This document shows positions 29,449 to 37,476 of a DNA stretch of 64,000 nucleotides, in pieces. This stretch comes from Elusimicrobiota bacterium. Its GTDB lineage: Bacteria > Elusimicrobiota > UBA8919. The notes beneath the pieces are model-generated. The model did not search any database. It was not told the origin of the DNA and worked only from the letters and a program-made list of their open reading frames with translations. The position numbers and the translations under genes were made by a program. The stretch lies in contig JBFLWK010000002.1 in assembly GCA_040757695.1 (NCBI GenBank), forward strand, positions 10,407 to 74,406, in the 5' to 3' direction. The first letter of the stretch is position 1, and every line of letters begins with the position of its first letter.

Positions 29449-30873
29449 ATGCGAATCAAGACAAAATTCTCTATTTTTGCGGTTTTACTTATAGTTGTCT
29501 GCGTCATTGCAGTCAGTTATTCTATTTTTCTGATAGAAAAAAAACTGCTTGTTGAAAACCAGAACCAGGAACTAACAAAAACGATTTCGCAGTTTTCTGC
29601 AGTTGCCAGAGAGGCAATAATTGCAAAAGATGATTTGCTGGCACTGAATTATTTGAAGGCATTAAAAAAAACAGCACTCGGGTTTGAAAATGGCTATCTT
29701 ATAAATAAATTAGGCACAATTATCGCAACAACCAATGCGGATTTGCTAAGAAAAAAGAAACTGCCTGATAAAAAAGATAATTCTATAAGAATCAGTAATG
29801 ATGTTATATCAGGCAATAAAAAAATTGGATTTGTTTGTATTGATTTCTCTGCAGAAGTACTAAAAAAATTGACTGATGAAAATATAAAAAAAATCGGATT
29901 TCAGGTTCTGCTCACTTCATTGCTTGTTCTGGTTTTTGGAATAATAATTTCGGTTATGTTTGCAGCAAAATTATCAAAACCTGTAAAAAAACTGGTAACC
30001 GAAGTTCGCGCTATCGCAGATGGTAATTTAGAGACCAAAGCAGATGTTCTGACAAAAGATGAAATAGGCGATTTGGCAAATGAATTTAATAAAATGGCTG
30101 TATCACTAAAGTATCTGGACCATCTAAAATCGGATTTTATCTCTAATGTATCACATGAACTGCGGTCTCCACTGGCTGCAATAGAGAGTTATATCAATCT
30201 TATGCTTGAAGATAAAGAAGAACTTAACTACGAAAATCTTGCAAAAATAAAAAATAATACTGCACGATTATCAAAATTTATTGACGACCTTTTAGATGTT
30301 TCTAAAATTGAACAGAAGGGTGGGGAAATATCCGAAAAAAAAGTGGTAAAATTAAATACTGTTGTTGAAGATGTTGTCTCGCTTTTTAAAGTGCAGACAG
30401 AAGATAAAAACCTAAAATTAGAAAATAAATTACCAGAAAAGTTGCCTGATGTTATCGCGAATAGTGAACGACTTAAACAGGTTTTTATCAATCTTATTTC
30501 AAATGCAATAAAGTTCACACAGGAAGGCGGAAAAATACAGATAGAAGCAAGAGGCAAGAGGCAAGAGGCAAGTAAAGGCAAAGAAGTTGATTCTACTGGC
30601 ATCTTGCATCTTGCATCCTGCATCGAAGTTGCAGTGGCAGATACCGGTATCGGTATCCCCAGTGACCAGTTAGCAAAAATTTTTGATAAGTTCCATCAGG
30701 TAAAAGGAACCGTAGATGAACTAAAAGGACCTAAAGGAACAGGGCTTGGACTCTCAATTGTTAAAGGAATAATTGAAGAGCATAATGGAAAAGTATGGGT
30801 AGAGAGCGAATTAAATAAAGGCACAACATTCTATTTTACACTACCTGTAAACCCAAATAACGGCACCGAATAG
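29449..30873 (+). CDS. sensor histidine kinase (2 TM helices, periplasmic domain, HAMP, HisKA, HATPase_c)
   Basis: H-box SHELRSPLAAI; N-box LISNAIKFT; G-boxes DTGIGI and GTGLGLSIV. In-frame (GCAAGAG)x3 / (CATCTTG)x2 insert in the ATP-binding domain. Confidence 0.8.
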   Translation: MRIKTKFSIFAVLLIVVCVIAVSYSIFLIEKKLLVENQNQELTKTISQFSAVAREAIIAKDDLLALNYLKALKKTALGFENGYLINKLGTIIATTNADLLRKKKLPDKKDNSIRISNDVISGNKKIGFVCIDFSAEVLKKLTDENIKKIGFQVLLTSLLVLVFGIIISVMFAAKLSKPVKKLVTEVRAIADGNLETKADVLTKDEIGDLANEFNKMAVSLKYLDHLKSDFISNVSHELRSPLAAIESYINLMLEDKEELNYENLAKIKNNTARLSKFIDDLLDVSKIEQKGGEISEKKVVKLNTVVEDVVSLFKVQTEDKNLKLENKLPEKLPDVIANSERLKQVFINLISNAIKFTQEGGKIQIEARGKRQEASKGKEVDSTGILHLASCIEVAVADTGIGIPSDQLAKIFDKFHQVKGTVDELKGPKGTGLGLSIVKGIIEEHNGKVWVESELNKGTTFYFTLPVNPNNGTE

Positions 30874-30945
30874 AAACACCGAATACTACCGAATATTCGG
30901 GTCCATTTGGTTTACATTCGGTTGCTATTCGTGATTAAGGAGCGT
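30871..30945. promoter_or_regulatory. helically phased CCGAATA ... TATTCGG half-site array with central CCGAATATTCGG palindrome
   Basis: CACCGAATA x2-3 (10-13 bp spacing), palindrome at 30899-30910, then ATTCGG/ATTCGT at 10-11 bp spacing; overlaps the HK stop codon. Confidence 0.4.
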
Positions 30946-30952
30946 AGCGACT

Positions 30953-31342
30953 ATGAAAAAGATATTAGTTATTGACGATGAAAAAGATTTCAGAGACCTT
31001 GTAGAAAAAATATGTTCTAAGGAGTTTGAAGTTGTAAGTGTTGGTGATGCTGAGGAAGGTTTTAAGATTATCAAAAAAAATCTGACTGACTTGCTATTGC
31101 TTGATATAAATCTGCCTAGGGTTGGTGGCTATACGCTCTGTCAGCGAATCCGTGCGGATGAACAATTAAAAAAATTGCCAATAATAATGCTGACGGTAAG
31201 GCGCCGAAAAGAAGACCAACTAAAAGGGCTTGAACTTGGTGCAGATGATTATATCACAAAACCGTTTGAGCCGAAAGAGTTAATCGCACGGATAAAAACT
31301 GTTCTTGCCCGCTGTAAGAACCCGAATAAATGCACCGAATAA
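30953..31342 (+). CDS. single-domain response regulator (CheY-like receiver)
   Basis: 129 aa; DD...D...K receiver pattern (VIDDEKD, LLLDINLP, ADDYITKPF). Confidence 0.8.
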   Translation: MKKILVIDDEKDFRDLVEKICSKEFEVVSVGDAEEGFKIIKKNLTDLLLLDINLPRVGGYTLCQRIRADEQLKKLPIIMLTVRRRKEDQLKGLELGADDYITKPFEPKELIARIKTVLARCKNPNKCTE

Positions 31343-31402
31343 AAACACCAAATATAAGCGAATATTCGGTTCAATTCGGTTAACATTCGGTTTTCATTCG
31401 CG
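31320..31402. promoter_or_regulatory. second CCGAAT...CGAATATTCG...ATTCGG phased half-site array
   Basis: Paralogous to 30871-30945; overlaps the receiver stop codon (GCACCGAATAA) and lies upstream of the OmpR-family regulator. Confidence 0.4.
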
Positions 31403-31419
31403 TGTGAACGAAGTGAACA

Positions 31420-32112
31420 ATGAAAGAAAAAATACTGGTTGTTGACGATGATAAAGAAATTTTAGAACTTGTGAAAGATACTTTAGAGATTTCCGGGTTT
31501 TCTGTTATTACAGCAAGAGGTGCGGATAGTGCAATGGAAAAAATTGAAGCGGTCAGCCCGGCACTTGTGATTCTGGATTTGATGCTGCCAGGTATAAACG
31601 GATTTGAACTCACACGGATTCTTAAAAAAGATAACAAAACAAAAAATATACCGATTATCCTGATGTCTGCAAAATTTACAGATACACAATCAATAGTTAC
31701 AGGGCTTTCATCAGGTGCGGATGATTATATTGCAAAACCGTTTGATATTGATGTACTAATAGCGAGAGTAAAAGCGATTTTGAGACGGACAAGCGGAGGG
31801 GGGTATAGATATGAAGAACAGGAGTTTATCTCGTCAAAAAATATAAAAGTGAACCTGAAAAGTAAAACGGTTTATATGCGTGAAAAAGAAGTGAAGTTAA
31901 CACCGAAAGAATACGAACTGCTGGTCTATCTGATGAAAAAAAACGGTGCAGCATTAGACAGAAATACGATACTTCAAGCGGTCTGGGATTACAGTTATTT
32001 CGGGACAACACGAACCGTAGATGTCCATATTCAGCAATTGAGAAAAAAATTGAACGATGACGGGAAAATAATACAAACAATCAGCAAAACCGGCTATAAG
32101 TTTGAAGATTAA
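31420..32112 (+). CDS. OmpR-family response regulator (receiver + winged-helix Trans_reg_C)
   Basis: 230 aa; receiver VVDDDKE...LDLMLPG...ADDYIAKPF; C-terminal LTPKEYELLVYLMKKNGAALDRNTIL...TRTVDVHIQQLRKKL. Confidence 0.85.
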   Translation: MKEKILVVDDDKEILELVKDTLEISGFSVITARGADSAMEKIEAVSPALVILDLMLPGINGFELTRILKKDNKTKNIPIILMSAKFTDTQSIVTGLSSGADDYIAKPFDIDVLIARVKAILRRTSGGGYRYEEQEFISSKNIKVNLKSKTVYMREKEVKLTPKEYELLVYLMKKNGAALDRNTILQAVWDYSYFGTTRTVDVHIQQLRKKLNDDGKIIQTISKTGYKFED

Positions 32113-32193
32113 CGGAGGAAGCCAATGAAAAAATTGCAGATTGCAGATTGCAGATTGCAGATTGGTAGAAATTGGAACTGGAATTGGAAACGG

Positions 32194-32991
32194 ATGTCAT
32201 TGCGAGCGTTAGCGTGGCAATCTCGGTTTTGGGTTTTACTTTTTACCTTTCTACCTTTCCACCTTTCTACCTGCCTTTATGGACAGGATATGAAAGTGAA
32301 ACTGAACTCCGCAGACGGTTCTACCAGTTTCCAGGTGCGGGATTCTGCCGATGTTGTTGTAAGTTCCATAACATCCGACGGTAATATTCATACAAAATAT
32401 GGTGTAAAAGCAGCAACAGAATCAATTACAGGATTGTCAAGCGTATCAAGGAGTTCTGTGACATATGAGATTGTTGCAGCAAGCGCTTCCTTCACTGCAA
32501 CAGGAACTTACTCTATCATAACCAGTTCAGGGATAAGTCTCCCCGCAGGTGGCTTAAAGGACTTAACAGTAAAAAATGAAGATTTAATCATCACCTCAAC
32601 TTTTGTCTATGTTGCTAATACGAGTGGACTTGCTGAGCGTACGTGGACTGATACTGTGCCATTTTATGGAACACTGAACATAACGCAACAACCTGCTATG
32701 ATATATGCAGTTTTCACTACGAGTTGCTGCCGTACAGATAGTGGTTACCCAAAATTTGAATGGCAAATACTTGGAAATGGTTGCGGTCTTTCTTGGAACG
32801 TTATGGGTTATAGTGGAGGACAGTTACAGGCAGCAAATTATACTGGTTGGTCTTGGCTTGTGACTTGCGTCGGCGTGAAAAGGGTCACGCAGACGGGAAC
32901 CCTCACTGTGAAGGTACAGGACCAGCACTGGGGAAATATGAATCTCTCTGAATCAAATTTCTCTGCATTCTGGTTCCCATGTGGCCCGTAG
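32194..32991 (+). CDS. secreted hypothetical protein (Cys-rich C-terminus)
   Basis: ATG at 32194 lies inside a GTCATTGCGAGCG repeat; signal peptide ends HLSTCLYGQD. The 32125 start would add a (GCAGATT)x4 repeat-encoded leader. Confidence 0.45.
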   Translation: MSLRALAWQSRFWVLLFTFLPFHLSTCLYGQDMKVKLNSADGSTSFQVRDSADVVVSSITSDGNIHTKYGVKAATESITGLSSVSRSSVTYEIVAASASFTATGTYSIITSSGISLPAGGLKDLTVKNEDLIITSTFVYVANTSGLAERTWTDTVPFYGTLNITQQPAMIYAVFTTSCCRTDSGYPKFEWQILGNGCGLSWNVMGYSGGQLQAANYTGWSWLVTCVGVKRVTQTGTLTVKVQDQHWGNMNLSESNFSAFWFPCGP

Positions 32992-33350
32992 AAAAAAAAT
33001 TGTTATTCTGAGAGAAAGTAGCCGACGCTGGACTGAAATGGGGACGGATGAAAATCGCCCTAAAGGGACGCGCCAAAAAGGGACGGAGCAAATAACGGGA
33101 ATGGGGATGCTTCTAATAGGAAATAAGGGCGGGTCTGATTTATGATGTCTTGGAGAATTCCGAGCGAAGCGAGGGCTATCTTAACCACGAAATCACGAAA
33201 GTCCGAAAAAAAACTATCAAAAAGTTTCGTGTTTTCGTGTTTTCGTAGTCATGTAGTGTGGCCTTCATGCCACACTACAGGAAGACTACTTTTCTACGCT
33301 CCGATAAATTGGAGCGGTTCTAACCGAAACTAAAGTCAGTATGAAAAAAT

Positions 33351-35396
33351 ATGCACACCTATATAACTACTAGATGGAAAGATGGAAAGATGGAAAGATG
33401 GTTAGGTAATAGATTTTCCTTTCTATCTTTCTATTTTTCTATCTTTCTATCTCTCTATCTTTCTACCTGCCTTTATGCAACTGCATCTGCACCGAAAGTG
33501 GTTGAGGATGGTGTACTGTTCACATTTGACGCAAAGAATGCACATAAAGTATATTTAGCCGGCTCTTTTAAGAAAGATAATGATGGGAATTCAGTGGTTA
33601 ATTTCAGCGAACTTGTAACGGTAACTAAAAAACGGCTCTTGGTTGAAGGTCGGATTCTAAAACCGTTAATTGTTGAAAAAATCAAAAAAAATTTGGATAG
33701 CATTTATATAAAAAAAATAGTCCTGCATAAAATCTGGATAAAACCAAATGAAGAAACGAAAGTTACTGTAGATATAGAAAATATAGAGAGTAAAAAAAAA
33801 GATACTACACTTGTGTTTTATGTTAAAAAGTTTGACAACCAAGTATTAGCACAAAAAGAAACAAAAAAAATAGAGAAATCTATAACATTTGAAATCCAAA
33901 CAAAAAGTTACAGTGAAGACGGTTATATTTTTGAGTTTGAATTAAAAGAAAAAGAAAAAGTTATAGATAGAGAATATGAAGTTATTTCAATAGTAAAAAA
34001 TATTTCTGATGATTTAAGATACGGCTTCTATGCAAACTGGGATAAAATCGGCGCTGACTACAAGAAGAAAACCGACTATTTTGCACAACTGCATATCAAT
34101 GCGATTGAGTATTACGATTATTTTCCAGCACACGGTTATTACGCACCTAAAGAAAAAATGTATAAATCTGAGCCATTCGGTATAACGATTTTAGCCGACG
34201 ATATTCAGCAAAAAATTGATTCTGCACGAGACCGAAATATCCTGTCTGTTGCATATGTTGCTGCATATTCGGCTTCTAAATCTATTTATGAAAAATACCC
34301 GTATCCAATGACTGATGAAAAAGGCAACCCGAAAGTTTTTAATGGTAGTATCACAACAGAACTTGACGCCAAAAACCAAAACAAGGATATCTGGTTTTAT
34401 CTGATGGCAATCGCACAGGATACTAAATGGTATTCTTACATTATGGAACAGTTCAGAAAAACGATGGATAATTCTGCTGATGATTTGGTTTCATTTGATG
34501 GTTTTGAGATTGATTCTTACGGTCATTCCAAAAACGAACGATACTATAGTGCAAGTAGTAAATATAATGGTGAACTGTTGAGCACAATTATTATGACTTT
34601 TGTGAATGCTGTTCGTAAAATAGCACATAAAATTAAACCTGATTCTGTTGTATCGTTTAATTGTGTCAACGAATACGGTATAGAGCAAATGTGTAATATA
34701 GTGGATTTCCTATTCATAGAGAATTGGGCGGGTTATAAAAGCGGCTTAGAAGATTTAGTTGATATCTGCTATAAAAACCGTGTGGCTAAAAATCAGCGGG
34801 TAGTAATCAAACTCTATCCAGCGGATACTGTGGGCAGTCCAAAAATATTCTCAAAAGAATGTCTGAAATACTTACTCGGTGCTGCAATGACCGGCGGCGG
34901 CTCCGTTATGGTTGCCGGCGAGCCTGACGAACAAAACAACCGAATGCATGCGTTGAATACGCTTTATTATCCTGATAATGTCGCAATGCCCGACGACAAT
35001 TTTGGTATCTTAAAAAATTATTATACTTTTGATACACTGCTATACAGAATCACACACGGCAAAAATGTGAATAACCTGAAGTCAGATTTTGAACTACCGG
35101 ATTGTATTACAAGAGAATTTTTATCAAATAGATATATCGTGGTAAGTATTTTGCATAACGGCAACAACAGTGAATGGAATCAAAAAGTTGCCACACCGAA
35201 TACATTAGAAAACTACGAAATTGCTTATACTCTGCCTAAAAACAAAAAACCAGTCGCGGTCTATTATGGAACGCCGGATTACGAGGAATTACTAATACCT
35301 AAATCATTAGATTGGGAGTTAAAAGACGGATATATTCGGACACTACTGCCGAAACTTGAAACTTACGGTGTTTTAATAATAGAAACAATACAATGA
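33351..35396 (+). CDS. lipoprotein with putative TIM-barrel glycoside-hydrolase-like C-terminal domain (family uncertain; GH66/GH114-like suspected)
   Basis: 681 aa; repeat-built signal peptide ending YLSTCLYATASA; C-terminal FAQLHINAIEYYDYFPAHGYY. Sits next to ABC sugar transporter genes. Confidence 0.45.
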   Translation: MHTYITTRWKDGKMERWLGNRFSFLSFYFSIFLSLYLSTCLYATASAPKVVEDGVLFTFDAKNAHKVYLAGSFKKDNDGNSVVNFSELVTVTKKRLLVEGRILKPLIVEKIKKNLDSIYIKKIVLHKIWIKPNEETKVTVDIENIESKKKDTTLVFYVKKFDNQVLAQKETKKIEKSITFEIQTKSYSEDGYIFEFELKEKEKVIDREYEVISIVKNISDDLRYGFYANWDKIGADYKKKTDYFAQLHINAIEYYDYFPAHGYYAPKEKMYKSEPFGITILADDIQQKIDSARDRNILSVAYVAAYSASKSIYEKYPYPMTDEKGNPKVFNGSITTELDAKNQNKDIWFYLMAIAQDTKWYSYIMEQFRKTMDNSADDLVSFDGFEIDSYGHSKNERYYSASSKYNGELLSTIIMTFVNAVRKIAHKIKPDSVVSFNCVNEYGIEQMCNIVDFLFIENWAGYKSGLEDLVDICYKNRVAKNQRVVIKLYPADTVGSPKIFSKECLKYLLGAAMTGGGSVMVAGEPDEQNNRMHALNTLYYPDNVAMPDDNFGILKNYYTFDTLLYRITHGKNVNNLKSDFELPDCITREFLSNRYIVVSILHNGNNSEWNQKVATPNTLENYEIAYTLPKNKKPVAVYYGTPDYEELLIPKSLDWELKDGYIRTLLPKLETYGVLIIETIQ

Positions 35397-35399
35397 AAC

Positions 35400-35570
35400 C
35401 GCAGATGAACGCAGATATACGCAGACGCCGTTCCCGTCCCGTATGTGTCATTCCCGCGAAAGCGGGAATCTACGGGATAAACTCCAGCGGGAATCTACAA
35501 TTATGGATTCCCGATAGAGACACTCGGGAATGACACTTCGTGTCATCTGTGTTCTCAGTGTTCTCTGTGG
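35400..35570. repeat. left arm of ~150-bp inverted repeat (ACGCAGAT iterons + GGGAATGACA hairpins)
   Basis: Near-identical reverse complement of 36461-36655. Confidence 0.8.
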
Positions 35571-35580
35571 TTAAAATTAG

Positions 35581-36456
35581 ATGAAAAAAACAATAAAAGA
35601 AAACCTTACGGGCTATGCGTTTCTTTTACCAAATATCTTGGGCTTTCTGGTATTTGTTTTTTTGCCAGTTTTCGCATCGCTGGTCTTAAGTTTTTTTGAA
35701 TGGGATCTGTTCAGTACACCTGTTTTCGTCGGTGTCGCTAATTTTGTGAAACTGGTCAAAGACACTTATTTCTGGAAATATCTGTTGAACACACTGTTCT
35801 TTATGCTTGGAATACCTGTTGGAATGGCGGTCTCTTTACTTTTTGCAATAATGATGAATCAGAAAATCAAAGGAATCGTATTTTTCAGAACTGTTTATTT
35901 TATGCCAGTTGTCTCGTCATTTGTCGCCTGCGCACTGCTCTGGCGATGGATTTATAATCCTGATTTCGGGCTCTTGAACGGGCTGTTAAAAATGGTTGGC
36001 ATAAACGGTCCTGCATGGCTTTCTTCAACAACTTGGGCTAAACCAGCAATTATTTTGATGAATATCTGGAAAGGTGCAGGATATAATATGCTGCTTTATT
36101 TAGCAGCACTTCAAGGCATTCCGGATTTTTTATACGAAGCTGCAGAAGTGGATGGCGCAGACATTTGGAATAAATTCTGGCATATCACTTTTCCATTGCT
36201 TTCACCAACACATTTCTTTATTATCATTATGAGCGTAATTGGTGTCTTCCAAACATTTGGCGAGATATTTATGATGACAGGTGGCGGACCCGGTGGCTCA
36301 ACCACGACAATCGTTTATTACATCTATAATAATGCATTCCAGTGGTTCCATATGGGTTATGCATCGGCAATCTCTTGGGCACTTTTTGCGCTGATTTTTG
36401 GCGCTACTATTCTTCAATGGAAATATACTGCCAAATTCAGAGAACTAACATATTAA
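35581..36456 (+). CDS. ABC sugar transporter permease (MalF/UgpA-like)
   Basis: 291 aa, 6 TM; EAA-like loop LAALQGIPDFLYEAAEVDGA. Confidence 0.85.
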   Translation: MKKTIKENLTGYAFLLPNILGFLVFVFLPVFASLVLSFFEWDLFSTPVFVGVANFVKLVKDTYFWKYLLNTLFFMLGIPVGMAVSLLFAIMMNQKIKGIVFFRTVYFMPVVSSFVACALLWRWIYNPDFGLLNGLLKMVGINGPAWLSSTTWAKPAIILMNIWKGAGYNMLLYLAALQGIPDFLYEAAEVDGADIWNKFWHITFPLLSPTHFFIIIMSVIGVFQTFGEIFMMTGGGPGGSTTTIVYYIYNNAFQWFHMGYASAISWALFALIFGATILQWKYTAKFRELTY

Positions 36457-36460
36457 AAAA

Positions 36461-36655
36461 ATGAAACCACAGATAAACACAGATGAACACAGATGACACG
36501 AAGTGTCATTCCCGAGTGTCTCTATTGGGAATCCATAATTGTAGATTCCCGCTGGAGTTTATCCCGTAGATTCCCGCTTTCGCGGGAATGACACATACGG
36601 GACGGGAACGGTGTCTGCGTATATCTGTGTGCAATCTGCGTAATCTGCGTTCAAA
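36461..36655. repeat. right arm of ~150-bp inverted repeat
   Basis: Reverse complement of 35400-35570; compared base-by-base by hand over ~150 nt. Confidence 0.8.
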
Positions 36656-36658
36656 AAT

Positions 36659-37468
36659 ATGGTAAAAAAAATTATTACTTATTCAATACTGATATTTGGC
36701 GCAGTTGTAATGCTCGCACCGTTTCTGTGGATGCTCTCTACATCGTTAAAAGAGCCCGGTGCAGTGTTTGTATATCCGCCAAAATGGCTGCCTGTGCCTG
36801 TCCGATGGCGAAATTATGTTGATGCATGGAATGCGGTTCCGTTTGGCAGGTTCTTCCTGAATTCTATTCTTGTCTCTTTATGCGTTACAATCGGGCAGGT
36901 GCTCACATCATCGCTTGCTGCATATGCGTTTGCGCGGCTGAGTTTCAAAGGCAGAGATAAAATATTTTTAGGCTATCTCGCTACAATGATGATACCATTC
37001 CCAGTAACAATGATACCGGTTTTTATCTTAATCACAAAATTGCAACTGATTGATTCTATACAAGCACTGATACTACCGGGGCTTTTTACCGCATATGGAA
37101 CTTTTATGTTAAGGCAGTTTTTTCTGTCTATCCCGAAAGAATTAGAAGAGGCGGCAGTGATTGACGGTGCGAGCAAATTCAGAATCTGGTGTCAGATAAT
37201 CATGCCTTTATCAAAACCGGCATTAGCAACACTGGCAACATTCACATTTATGGGCACCTGGAATGATTTTATGTGGCCATTGATTGTGATAAAAACAAAA
37301 ACAAAAATGACACTACCAGTCGGGCTGGCATCGTTTCAGGGAATGTATTATACCGACTGGACGCTCCTTATGGCTGCAAGTGTGATTGTGCTTCTGCCAG
37401 TGCTGTTGGTTTATATATTCAACCAACGATTTTTTGTTAAAGGTATCGCCTTAACAGGACTTAAGTAG
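36659..37468 (+). CDS. ABC sugar transporter permease (MalG/UgpE-like)
   Basis: 269 aa, 6 TM; EAAVIDGASKFRIWCQIIMPL EAA motif. Confidence 0.85.
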   Translation: MVKKIITYSILIFGAVVMLAPFLWMLSTSLKEPGAVFVYPPKWLPVPVRWRNYVDAWNAVPFGRFFLNSILVSLCVTIGQVLTSSLAAYAFARLSFKGRDKIFLGYLATMMIPFPVTMIPVFILITKLQLIDSIQALILPGLFTAYGTFMLRQFFLSIPKELEEAAVIDGASKFRIWCQIIMPLSKPALATLATFTFMGTWNDFMWPLIVIKTKTKMTLPVGLASFQGMYYTDWTLLMAASVIVLLPVLLVYIFNQRFFVKGIALTGLK

Positions 37469-37476
37469 GGGGGATT

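Noticed and set aside
29301-29555. 84-aa ORF overlapping the histidine kinase 5' end
   Set aside because: Different frame over GGGAATGACA repeats; the kinase start at 29449 with a TM helix is the coherent reading.
32172-32384. 70-aa ORF MELELETDVIASVSVAISVLGFTF...
   Set aside because: Alternative frame over the repeat-built leader of the 32194 gene; no support.
33142-33333. 63-aa ORF MMSWRIPSEARAILTTKSRK...
   Set aside because: Built from CCGAGCGAAGCGAGG and TTTTCGTG repeat elements in an intergenic repeat cluster.
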